DNA from: Klebsormidium nitens
Taxonomy: Eukaryota; Plantae; Klebsormidiophyceae
Reading direction: 5' to 3'
NCBI GenBank assembly: GCA_000708835.1
Contig: DF236986.1
Location: 62,001-126,000 of the forward strand
Length of the DNA: 64,000 bases
Every line of letters starts with the position of its first letter. Positions within the stretch are counted from its first letter, which is position 1. A program made the translations under genes and the position numbers. The notes beneath the pieces were generated by a model that saw only the letters and a program-made list of their open reading frames with translations, was not told the origin of the DNA and did not search any database. Of the stretch, positions 49,701 through 60,559 are shown piece by piece.

Positions 49701-52346
49701 GGTGCAAGTTTACATGCAGTAGAAATGACAACATTTATGCTTGAAAGATATCGAGAGACTCAACGTATGTAAGGACACGGCGTCTGACGTTTAGCAGAGA
49801 CAAGAGGACTTACTGACTCCGTCGCAGAGATACTGCAAGAAAAGCGGAGCACGGTCAATCTTGTAACGAGGAACGCCTGATATGAGCTCCATGCGGGATC
49901 ATAGCAAGGCTTGCTAGCGGAAAGAGGCCTCCCAAAGCTCACCAAACAATGAAAGACTCTGAAAACAGGTTGACAAATACCAAATGTATCGCATGGAGGA
50001 CATAAAGCTAGGCCGACAGCATTTTGTTTTGTCAGCATGCAGGAGCAGAGCACTCGGTCGGGGTGCATGACAGAAGGCCCCAATCAAACATACTACGCAA
50101 AACATGACAAAAGGCCCCATTCTAGTGTATCAAGGAAACTGGACAAAAGGCCCCATTTGTAAGTTGTCATTCTTAGGAAAAGCCGCACGAGTGTGGAACC
50201 AAGCAAGGAAAGTCTAGGCGTACCGGTGGACTGATACGATGACGTCCATACGGGTAAGTGGTCGTGCAGAGACTGCTAGGACATTTCGCTTTGTACATTG
50301 GGCAAGTATAGTGGGCGCAGAAGGTGGGAGACTCGTCGCTGCCGTCTGAGCAATCTGACAAAGAATAGGGATGTCTCGAATCTGTGAGTCTGGACAAATG
50401 GCAAAGAGAAGCCGTGAAGAAAGAGTGGCTTTCGGCATAAGCATAGAAGTTAAAGGCCCCTTTTCAAGTTGTCAAGCAAAGGGACGTTCGACCATCAGGG
50501 CATCGAACGCACAGCTCGCACAATTATTTTTGAAGCAAAGTCGGGTGTTATCAAACGGGGACTGGCAGCTGCAATCTTTGCGCGTTTGCAATCGGCTCCT
50601 ATACGTGGATGGCAAGACCTGGAGCATGTAGAACACTCAAGAGGGAACAAGACATGAAGCTGGGGACAGCAGACGAGAAGAGGGAGAAAAGAACCTTTGT
50701 AGGAGTGCACAATCTTAGCTCCTTTTTGTGATCACAGTCCGTGCAAAAGTAAGGCAACAAAAGAGTGAACTTTTCCAATGCAGAGCAAGAAAGAGGCCCT
50801 TCAGAATCTGTTGCACTGTGCCGAAATGTCGAATTTCTTCCAAAAGATACGACGTTCACTTCATAGGCAATTGGCAATTGCAAAGCATTGCAGTCAGGAC
50901 GGACCCTCCAAGTACAAGGCCAGATTTTTTTGAAGGACATCTTGTGAGCGCTTGCAGCCTTACCATTGACTCCATCGCAGGCATTGTGGTAAGGATCGAA
51001 GCACCTGCGAAATGGAAAGTGTCCAAGGAAGTTGAGCAGAAAAACCACGGTAAAGTATGAGTGGGAAGCGCTGCATGGCTGCTTTTGGCTTGCTTTGGAA
51101 GAGGACATTGAGGCATACAAGGAGCTGTCGGGTATCTTGGGGGGAGAGAGATCTTTCGTGTAAGCAACTCCTTGGACTAACGGCCCTTTTTGTGACTCTT
51201 GAGTCCTTTCAGGAAAATTGCTGAAGAGCTGATGCTGAAGACTGGACTTGGTCAACGTAGAAGCGTAGGTCTTTCTTGGAAAATCAATGATGCGAGACTC
51301 TGTAGATCAAAGCAAAGCTCTGCTTTCTGCCTGCTTGAGAAGCACCCCATGGACTCACCGTCACCTGATAATAATACAGAGACAGTACTGACCTTTGCCC
51401 CTGTAGCAATTCTAAAGACAGCCTTCTTAGATGCAAGGCGCTGAACACAGAAACTCTGTTCAGACTTGTACTTATTTTCCCAGAAACCATGTGGCAACTC
51501 ACTCTGCTATACCGCTGGGGCACTGAACCTGGGATTTGTAGCACTGGATCGTGGAGTTGTCTTGCAGAATGTGGCGCGGAGACGCTTCTAAAGAATCAAT
51601 CTGCAGGCATAAATTGGACACAAACGGTGAGAAGTCTCTTTGACCCTCAACGTGTCCATGGAATTTTTCAACTCTCTCAGTCTGCACTCAAGAAAGACAT
51701 GGTTGAGGGCCTCGTGAATGATCAGCGTGCGTGGATGTGAGTCATGATAAGGGTGTTTTGACTGAGGTCTAGGTGCTGCCGACCCGGAGATTGCAACTTC
51801 TCCGCCACATTTTTGTCGCTGAGCCCTGACCCCTATCTCTGGGGTCCTTATATTGAGGCCTGTTCAAAAATGGCTGGCTTTCCTAAGTAGGACATTTTGG
51901 GCGTCTCTGCTCCTCAGAATCTGTGCAGCTCGTCCAGATGAAAGCAGGTCGACAAAGGCAGGTGCAGCAATTAATGCAGGCTTATGAATCAACATCAACT
52001 TCAACCAACAATCACTATCAAATGACAGACTTCCAGCATGGAATTCAGGCGGCATAATGAGGATCAGACAAGAGACAAATGGAGCTGAAGGAAGCCAGCT
52101 GTTTTGCTATGCACTGCTGAGTTTCCGCTGCTCATGGTCTCTGGGTATCAAAAATGAGGTTGTAGTCGCACTACTACCCAAAATGGCAGCTGATCTCTGC
52201 TGAAAGAGCTCCCTGTGACTTACTTGATGGAGCCCATTGCTCTCAGCCCCTGACGTCACCGGATACCAGCTGCTAGTGAAAATGAAGAAGCTGCTGACGA
52301 GCAAGAGAGGCTTGCGAGTCAGCATGTAAAGGCCTGCGGGAGCCAT
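43703..52346 (-). CDS. Probable secreted protein composed of tandem LDL-receptor class A repeats (11 SDE-closed modules plus a 12th open one)
   Basis: Phase-consistent GT-AG exons: 50964-51004, 50224-50354, 49814-49832, 49065-49264, 48796-48899, 48159-48318, 47411-47538, 46678-46949, 46121-46247, 45439-45573, 44884-44974, 44371-44407, 43940-44070. They encode repeated C..C..C..CDG..DC.DGSDE....C units. Putative signal-peptide exon 52224-52346 (MAPAGLYMLTRKPLLLVSSFFIFTSSWYPVTSGA). Exons between 52224 and 51004 are unresolved; terminal exon 43703-43870 is tentative. Confidence 0.85.
45055..45135 (-). repeat. Short tandem repeat mimicking the downstream splice acceptor (AG replaced by AC)
   Basis: Plus-strand GGTGCAAGAAA(TG/AA)A.AGAGA three times. 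The minus strand reads TTCTTGCAC|CGAC or CCGC versus the real acceptor GTTTGCAG|CGAC at 44974-44976. Confidence 0.5.
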
Positions 52347-53125
52347 GTCAGATTGCTCTGCTTTTGCAGTACCACTAAGAGAGTTTCTCATTTGCTCATA
52401 TGGAAGGGAGTGAAGATTTGCTGGTGACGAGTCGTGCACAAGGACGGGAAATGTGCCGGCAGCATTAGGATAGATGTGCTCTTTCAAGTCTCTTCCGTGT
52501 CCTTTGGTATGGCTGTTTACTCCACTGAGGACGTAAAATCACAGCCGCATTTGCCTGAACTAGGTACACGACCACCAAGGGCAGTGCAGTGCGCTCTTAA
52601 TTCTGCATCCGGCCAATTTGCTCATGCAGGCTGGCGGCCTGAAGGCTGAAACCTCAAGCGTAAGGTTCAGGTTGTGGGATCACTTGCTTGCGTCAGAACG
52701 CATCACGTACCCTTGCGCATGTTGACACGCAAGCTGAGTTGCTGTCCGGGGGCCCAAACAAAGGGGCCAATTCAGCCCCCAGCTTCGATGAAGTGAACTC
52801 CGTGCGGCGCCTGTCGATCCGTGTGCACGCTCCACGTAGCACTCAAATTTGGTCACGTACTGTTGTTAAGGACGGTCCGGTCCGGTTAGCCGAGCCGCGC
52901 CGGAGCTACGCGGGCGCTAGCGCGCAGTGCGGCCGCGCCGGTAGCCGCGCGACCATATCGAAAGCTACACAAGTATGTCAAGTACACTGACAAAGTACTA
53001 CTGTAGTGCCACTGTAGTGCTTGCTTTGCTCAGGGCTCCCTTTGCTTTGCTTTGAAACCTGGCACGGCTCTAAAGACCCTGCCGCCCGGCCTCTCTCCCC
53101 CCTGTCTCGCCAAAATAAACCTTGA

Positions 53126-53974
53126 TCAACTTGAGGGCCTGACTATATGTGTGGCTAATTGTTCTGAACATCTTCGGCATGAAGCGTGAACGCCCCTGCC
53201 GACACCGTACCACTCGGACTGGACTCGTTCAATAATTAGGCTCGATCGAGTCACCTTTGACCATAGTTGGGGATTTGAGCAGTGCAACGGCCCTACATTG
53301 AAGTAATGCTTGCACATGGCAACTTGCTGCTTGCCGCGCACACTGCATGATGCAAGAGCAAACAATAACTCTAGCTCGTGTGAAACATGCGACTGTGGAA
53401 GGCGTCTCCCCCCTACGATAGCAAGGCCTATTGTTACGTGCAATCCTGAACAGAGCCCGGAGGGACATGGGGAGCTACATTCAACTTTGCTAGATGCTAG
53501 GCATGTACATACACCAAGAAGGAGTGACTTAAAGCTAGCTCGCATGGTCTGCACTACGAATGATGCATCAACAAATAACAGGCACCAGGTCGGGGAAGGC
53601 CCCATTCGCAACTCCCCCTACCGTATATCAAATAGAGACGTACTATTCAGAGTTGCTTCATTGATTGGTGGGTATCAAATACGCACTGGTATGAGGCCAT
53701 ACCTTTTATGCTATGGGTAGAGTAACCTAGCGAGCTGGCAGTCTAGGAGTCTAGGAGTCCAGCTGGCTTTTGGCAACCATTTGTCCAGCCTAGCTTGAAG
53801 TTCTCTTGGACGCATGCATACACGTTTCTGCTTCACTCCACACACCCTCACCACTACTGCATCTCTTGAGTTTCTTTTCCTGGTCAACTTTTGGACAGCT
53901 ATGTACCTCGCTAAGCTAGCCCACGAGCTAGCCCCGAGGCATGGTCTATTGCAACAACTAAAGCGCCTGTCCAA
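53126..53974 (-). other. CTAG-rich degraded ORF region, possible methylation-mutated transposon relic
   Basis: ORFs 53126-53611 and 53711-53974 share a frame broken by few stops. About 10 CTAG in ~570 bp (53370-53940) and few CpG. No family recognised. Confidence 0.25.
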
Positions 53975-54535
53975 TGATCCCCAACCCTCCTACAATATGT
54001 ACAGGTCAATTCGCATCCTCTGAAATGCTCGGAGAAAATTCATGCGGCTGCTTTCGTTGTTATCTTGGGCGTCTTCTCCTTTCTGCATAGGACCAGTGCT
54101 TGCGTTCAAAGAAGACCTTGAGTAAAAGAAGCAACAACCAAAGGAAAGGTCACGTTGCCAATCTGTCGAAGTTACTCGAACTCTTCAAACATCCAAAAGG
54201 AGAAATAAGTACCCAGCCCCCCCATAGAAGAGAACTTGTGCTGGACAGGGGCCCTCTGACGAGGTCTGCAAAACGTTCCCAGTGCTTTCTGAAGTGAACC
54301 GACGCTGATTGCGACACCAAGAATGCTTCCAGCAACATACTGGAATTAACCAGATTGGGGGGCGTATTCGTGAACGTCACGATAGCCCTAGAGTCTGGAA
54401 GCATGGCCAGAGTACATTCTGTATGCCTCCCGTTTCAGCAACATGGTACCTCACTTAAGGCTCGGCAAAAAGACGTCCCCCAGCAACTACTAACAAACAC
54501 CCGCAGGATCAACGTACGACAGCTCCTACGCTCAC

Positions 54536-57500
54536 CTTCGTCCTCGTCGAACTCTTCGTCCTGATATTTGCCCAAAGCCTTCAGCCTGCGAATAAAACGG
54601 CTGAACTAAGACCGTGGTGTCCACCCGAAAGGAAAAGAAAGCATTTCGAGTGAGGTATGATGACGGCTTCCGAGCAAAAGCGACGCGACTCGAAGAAAGA
54701 TAAGCACGCTTGAATGAGCAAGCAGTGGTTAGGAAGATGAAACGGCTGTGGACGAGCACAGTTGTGAGTAAGTGATGACAAGGTTGAGCTGACTCTGGAC
54801 AATCTTTCCTACCAGCACACGCCGCGAATCCGAGCATCCGTGCGCTGGTTGAATAGCCACAACTTCCGACGACATGTGGTTGACACGGTGAGCTTTTGCC
54901 CCAACATTCAAAAATTCGCCCGCTAATTTTCCAATCAAACCAATTTGCATAAGCTACAAACGACATACACCTTTCCTGTCTTTGATGACCAGAACCAAAT
55001 GTAGCCCTCTCCTTGCGCATCTTTTACTGTGTTGTGACGACCGCTCAAACTCCTGGAAACGCACCTGTACAGCTCGCAATAGCGAGCGAGCGAATCCGCG
55101 TGCATCTGTGCAGCCACGGCCTGCAGAGAAGCGAAGGTACAAATCCGCTCGATTTCAATCGAAATCCGCACTGCGAAATTGTGTTCCAGCTAACAACTGG
55201 AAGTAGGAGACTCACTAGAGCTGCTGCGACGTAAAGTGATAATTCGGAAAGTAACTGTGACCGCAGTCACAGTCGCCGCGCACCAATCCACGTGTCTGGC
55301 GAAGAAGCGACCATGAGAGCTGTGTGTCTGCGCTTGCAGTTGCCCAAGGCAAAACCTTCCCAACGACTGATTCGGTTGCACAGACCAAACCCGAAGACAA
55401 TCGTTTAAACAAATGTTACCTTGGTCCGGCAAATGGTGTTCAAGTCGAGGCTCTCGGCCAATCGCAACTCACACAGGTCCTGCAATAACAAATAGAAGAG
55501 TGTTTCAAATTCGACCACTGCTGCGTCTAAGTAGGAACGAAGTGGACTCTGCCTGTATTGCCAAAAATGGGGGGGGGGGCGTAAGCCAAACATGCGCGTT
55601 GCGAGGATAATTGTAACAAATACTACAGCCATTGGAGTTCGAAAGGAGACCGGGGTGCTGTTATGCAAGCCATCCAAGCTGCTGGTAGGGAGATATATCC
55701 TCGCAGTCCGAAGAAAGGTCGAAGCGGTTGGGATAAAGGACGCCCCCCGGAACTCAGACCCAGTCAAAACCTACGAGTATCTCCAATAAAAGTATGTCCG
55801 AAAGCGGCACTTCGTGATGTTTTTGCTATTACAAGGACGCTTTCGTTTCTGCAAGACTATACGCACACGCCATAAGGCGTAGTCGAAGCTGCTCTAGCGC
55901 AGTGCAACCCTGGAACAGGTCGGCCAAGCTTGCTCAAAGCACATACCAAACCATTCTCTTGAGGGCGAAAAGGCGCACTAAGAAGGCCTCGTTTCATCCG
56001 CACTAACCTTCAACGAGCAGGCTCTTGTAAGGACGGCGGAATGGCCGCCTCCTGCCGCAAGGCCCGCTATCTCACCCACACACCTGGAATCAAGAAAGGA
56101 CTTGAATTTAAGGGTTTGGCATGACAGCTCTGTTCGTAATCGCAGATTCATTATCAGCAGCGGACTGGAAGAACAGTGGTGTCGACATGAGAAACCCGCT
56201 TACGTTTTGTAATTGACTCTTCTCTCACCACCTACTATTGAAACAATCTGTTAATCGGCAATGGGTTTCGGCCCGAGACCATCGAGCGGCGAGCAAAAGA
56301 GCGGACAAAGTGGACGAATCTGTCTTTACGGGTCTGATATCGTCCAGGATGCGACTTTTAACATCGACGAATTTGATGCTCTACAGATATCAAGGCCTCA
56401 CCAGTCAATCGGTGTGGGCACCCAAGCATGCGTCTCCTTGCCGGTCGCTGCCTGACCGCAACTGTTGTAGCCCCACCTGATGGCAGCAGTAGGATGACGT
56501 CAGCAACTCAAAAAGAGCGGTAAAGCTAGGCAAATGGTCTTCAAACATTGAGCACATCTTAGAGAGACAAGATACCTCCTCGTATCCAGTGACTCCCCGC
56601 AAATACATTGCAAGTTACAATAGGGCTCTTGGCTCTTGACAGAAGGTAGGATTCCGTCCTCTGACTTCAAGTTCAGAGTCGAAGTGCAGCGTCCATCAGA
56701 AACACTTAGCAGGGTACCTGATGCCGCAAGAGCTGAAGCTGTGCGTCAGAATGCCAACAATGTTCCGGACCAATCTGCTTGTCACAAGTCCTCACCAGAA
56801 TACTTAAAGCTTCAGCAGTTGCTATGGCAGCTTCCCGGTCAAGAGCTCTTCAGAAACCTACTCTCCAGGCGGAGGAAACACCCCACACCCGCAGCCCCAC
56901 TTTGACCAACCCGCGCTCTTCATCCGTACACAAGTCCGAATATTTGGAAGTTGATTCACTTACCCCCAAAGACGGCCGTCCAGCGTGCACGCCAGAGTGT
57001 GCGTCTGCAAACCACGGGAATCAGTCAGTCGTACGGGACGCGTTGCCACGGGCATCCCTCCCAGCCGTTGATCGGTCCGGACCAAGGGTCGAGCTTCGCG
57101 AATTGTTTGGGAGCTGCCAACAACGCTTGCACGAGCGGATTGCAAAGAGGAACGGGGGAAATTGCTATTTTGAAAGAGCAGATCTTCTCACGATCGCATG
57201 CAGTCACTTTTGGGTAAGGAAAAGCCGTCCCCATCAAGATAATGTTCTCACCTGGCCGCAAACCACCATCTTGGCGCCCCGAGGTAACAGCACGGTTGGC
57301 AGCCTTCGGAAGAAGTCGTTGGACTCGTTGCGGTCAATGAACGGGAACATCTGCAGGGAGGAGAAGCACCTCAGTAAGAATGTTGCAATCTGTCCACGCC
57401 GGCCGCTCACTATCGAGCGCCTCGATGACTTGACGACCAAGCTTTCATCACTAGGCCAATATCAGTAGGCCCTCGGGCAAAAGAAGCAGGGGTTGCCAGG

Positions 57501-60085
57501 CCAACATTACCTGGCCAACAGGCAAATTTCGATAAACTCGGAGTGAAGACTTGTCAACAGTAAAGCTTGGAGGAGCAGGTAGACAATGGGGAACCAAGTT
57601 CTCTCAGCAGTTAGAGCAAAATTGCTTCGACAGCGTACAATACTGCTGCAAAAAGGGAACTTTAAGTTGTAAGCTCACATAGGTCGGGCGGCCCAGGCCC
57701 AGCTGCCCCTCCCGATGCCCACCCCACATGTACAGAGTCCCCTTGCTCGTGATCGCGCATGTGTGTGCCTGCAGGATGGCGAAGTTCGTGTGAAACACAG
57801 GGGTGATGATCCATTTCGGCCTATGGCGAAGCTCCAATCATAAGCGCAGTGCCTGATGGATAGCTAATGCAGCGATGGCTGATAACTTGGGAGGAAGGCG
57901 GCCTTTCCGTCGAATGTTTGAACATCAGACTTGGACAACCTTTCAATAACGAAAAGTACTTCGAATCTTCAGCAATCTGATCAGCCCCAGAGATCCATAA
58001 CCCCAAAAGCGCGACTCCAAGCACGAGGATCTCGAAACAACTCACCTGGCCGCACGCAATTTGGCGCACGTGCTGCCCCTCCAGGCTAACCACCCTTCTC
58101 GGGTTAACCTCCCGGTCGCGCCCCTGCAGCATCCGGTGTCCGAGCTGGCCCATCGCCCCGTGTCCGAAAGTGTACACTTCGCCGGTGTCCGAAACGCACG
58201 CGGTGTGGTATGCCCCGCAGGCGATTTTCTTGACTTTGGCGCGAACGGGGGTGTCGGAGGTGTGCTGGATAAAGGCGCGCACGAGGCGTGCAGGCTGGAG
58301 GCCCTCGGAGCTGAAGCCATGGCCGAGCTGACCCTGGAGGGGAAGCAACGAGGAGTCAACATTGATTGAAAACTTGGTGGAGGAGGATGCAGAATTTCTG
58401 AACGGGAGAGTAGGAGTAGGGGTACCTTTCGGTCGCCCTTGAAGAGGGCAGATAAGAAGATTTGAAGTACTGTAAGGGCTTCGACTAAGGTGCACAATTT
58501 TCACCGGAGGAAGTGGGAACGTCACCCAGAAGGAAAGCAGGGACAAAAAAACTGACTCCAAATCCAGCTGGCCTAGAAGATGGGGGGACAGGAGCAACGA
58601 GAGAAAGCCGGCTTCACCTTCCTATAGAGCGACCCTTGCTCAGCACAAGGAGATAGGAAGACAAGGAGAAAATGAGGAGCAACTTGAAAGGGTTTCTACA
58701 AAAGCACAGCCCTCTTGGTTGGCAATGTTTCTTCGGGAACAACACAAGCAGAAAACTGATATTCACAGGGGGTCAGTCTTTACAAGCCTCTAAGACGATG
58801 GCCCCACTGATTGTAATGAGTTGGACTGACCATAGCTCCAGACCAGCTTTTAACAATTGGGGGCAGCGTCACAGGCAATGGGTCTTTGCGAGGCGAGCTA
58901 TAATCAGCCTTACCACCTCATTATAGCCCCACGTCATAAGCTGCCCCCCTGCCGAGACCGCGGCAGCATGTGCTGCCCCAAGAGAGACCGCCGCAATCGG
59001 CGTGTCCGCTGCAAACGCACCGTGAAACGGCCTTGGGAAATTGGACCCTTGGTGCTGGCCCCACACCCAAAGCTTCAAAGGTGCGCCCTTCTTGTTCCGA
59101 GGCCTTGCCAGGGCCGCGCTCGACTGATGGCCACAGGCAATGCTGGTGACAAACTCGGTCTGCAGGGCCTTGACGCGCCGGGGCTGCCTGCGGTCCGTTT
59201 CAGTGCCATCCCCTAGCTGCAAAGAATGGTGAGCAAAATTTGAGGAAAGTTCGGGGGAACTTTGCTTGGGATGGCAAAGCCAAACTCCGGTCTTTTGAGC
59301 TGATGCCTCTGAAGCAAGTAGCTCTAGCTGATTTATTGAGCAACTTCAAGAACGAGGGCCGGCAGGCAGGTTGAAGCCGCCAGAGTGCACTGATTGCTTG
59401 CTGATCAGATCCCACTGCTCAAGTGAAACTCGCTAAATACTTATGGAGCAAGCCAGGCTGCTGATCATGAAAGGGGAAGGGGTGATGCACTAGCAACAAA
59501 CGTCAATCACCGTTCTAAAATCTGGGAATGGATCAATAAAACCACCTTCTTTCTCAAACAATGTGATTCATGTTAATCAGACAAGCCTTTTCAGGGCGCT
59601 TGAAGGCCATTTCGCTAGATCAAGATGTTAACCCTAATGCCATCTCCGAACCCTAATTTTGACACAAGGCAATCAGCGACATACATTTGGACTTTAGACC
59701 AAGCTTGGCACGGGTGCCATCGACTACTAAGCGCACTAAAGGACAGGCAAGTTTGATGGAGAGCTTAAGTGCAAGTATTAGGCAAACGCACCTGGCCGCA
59801 ATCATTGCTCCCCCACATAAATAGCTCCCCATCTCTTGTCAAAGCTCCTGTGTGTTGCAAACCGCATGCAATCTTTACAAACGCAGCATCGCTCTTGAAA
59901 TGCTCTTGCTCCATCAGTTTTGGCGACCGCTGGACTTTCCAAGCTCTGGGGTCTTGCATACAAGCGCCTGTGTGCCCTGTTTGGCCAAGCTGGTTGTTTC
60001 CCCATGTGTATATCTGACTCCGGTGCACAATCCTCTCCTTAGGGCTCTCGAGGGGAGCCAGCACAAGCGCAGCTGGATCGTCCAT
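54536..60085 (-). CDS. RCC1-repeat (RCC1/UVR8-like beta-propeller) family protein, plant type
   Basis: Phase-consistent exons 59792-60085, 58914-59216, 58046-58333, 57679-57768, 57252-57350, 56964-57004, 56402-56476, 56008-56083, 55420-55479, 55065-55120, 54536-54585. Repeated IACG..HT...T..G.LY.WG.N..GQLG blades; C-terminal WCVGEIAGLAAGGGHSAVLT..CSLKDLCELRLAES. At least one more 3' exon is needed (candidates 54150-54394 or 53990-54082). Confidence 0.9.
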
Positions 60086-60559
60086 TCTCTCGCCCTCAAT
60101 TGCGCGAAGGGCGCCTTCATGCATAACTAATTTACTTCGCAATGCAGCTGCACAACTTCGCGACCAGAAGTCTCCCTGGTTCCGGTCAAGCAGAAGGCGG
60201 AATTGCTTCGCAACCGGACGGAGCTTCCCGGCGGCCATCAGCCCGGTAGGAGAACTCGAAAGGTGAATGTACCGGGCACTGTGGGAGCAATGTTTCCGGT
60301 TCCGCCGTCCAATTCTAATAGTAAAATGCCTTGGCTTGTCCGGAAAGCTGCCAGCTATGCATGCAACACATGCAGATCTTTGTCAATGACATTGTCATTT
60401 GCTTTCATTTGCTTTCATCAATCAAAGAAGCGTGCTTCAGTTTGTTCCTCAGGACGTTTATCTACGTAGATTCACAGAGCTGCCTTCCGTCTTTCTATCT
60501 CTTCCCAGCAGGTTTCACCCGCTGAATTGGCTCATCCGTCTCTGAGCGGAACGCTTGTA
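60086..60559. promoter_or_regulatory. Short divergent intergenic region, candidate bidirectional promoter RCC1-like/TMEM120
   Basis: Head-to-head genes with 474 bp between predicted start codons; geometry only. Confidence 0.45.

Noticed and set aside
48985-50160. Short tandem repeats (ATCGCTGCTC x3 near 48985; GACA.AAGGCCCCA x3 at 50069-50157)
   Set aside because: Ordinary intronic slippage repeats unrelated to junction sequence.
56779-57468. 229-aa plus-strand ORF
   Set aside because: Antisense to RCC1 exons 5-6; no recognisable domain.
60086-60238. Upstream in-frame ATG extending the RCC1 protein (ORF start 60238)
   Set aside because: Extension lacks family features and would leave only ~320 bp to the TMEM120 start; 60085 preferred, but not proven.
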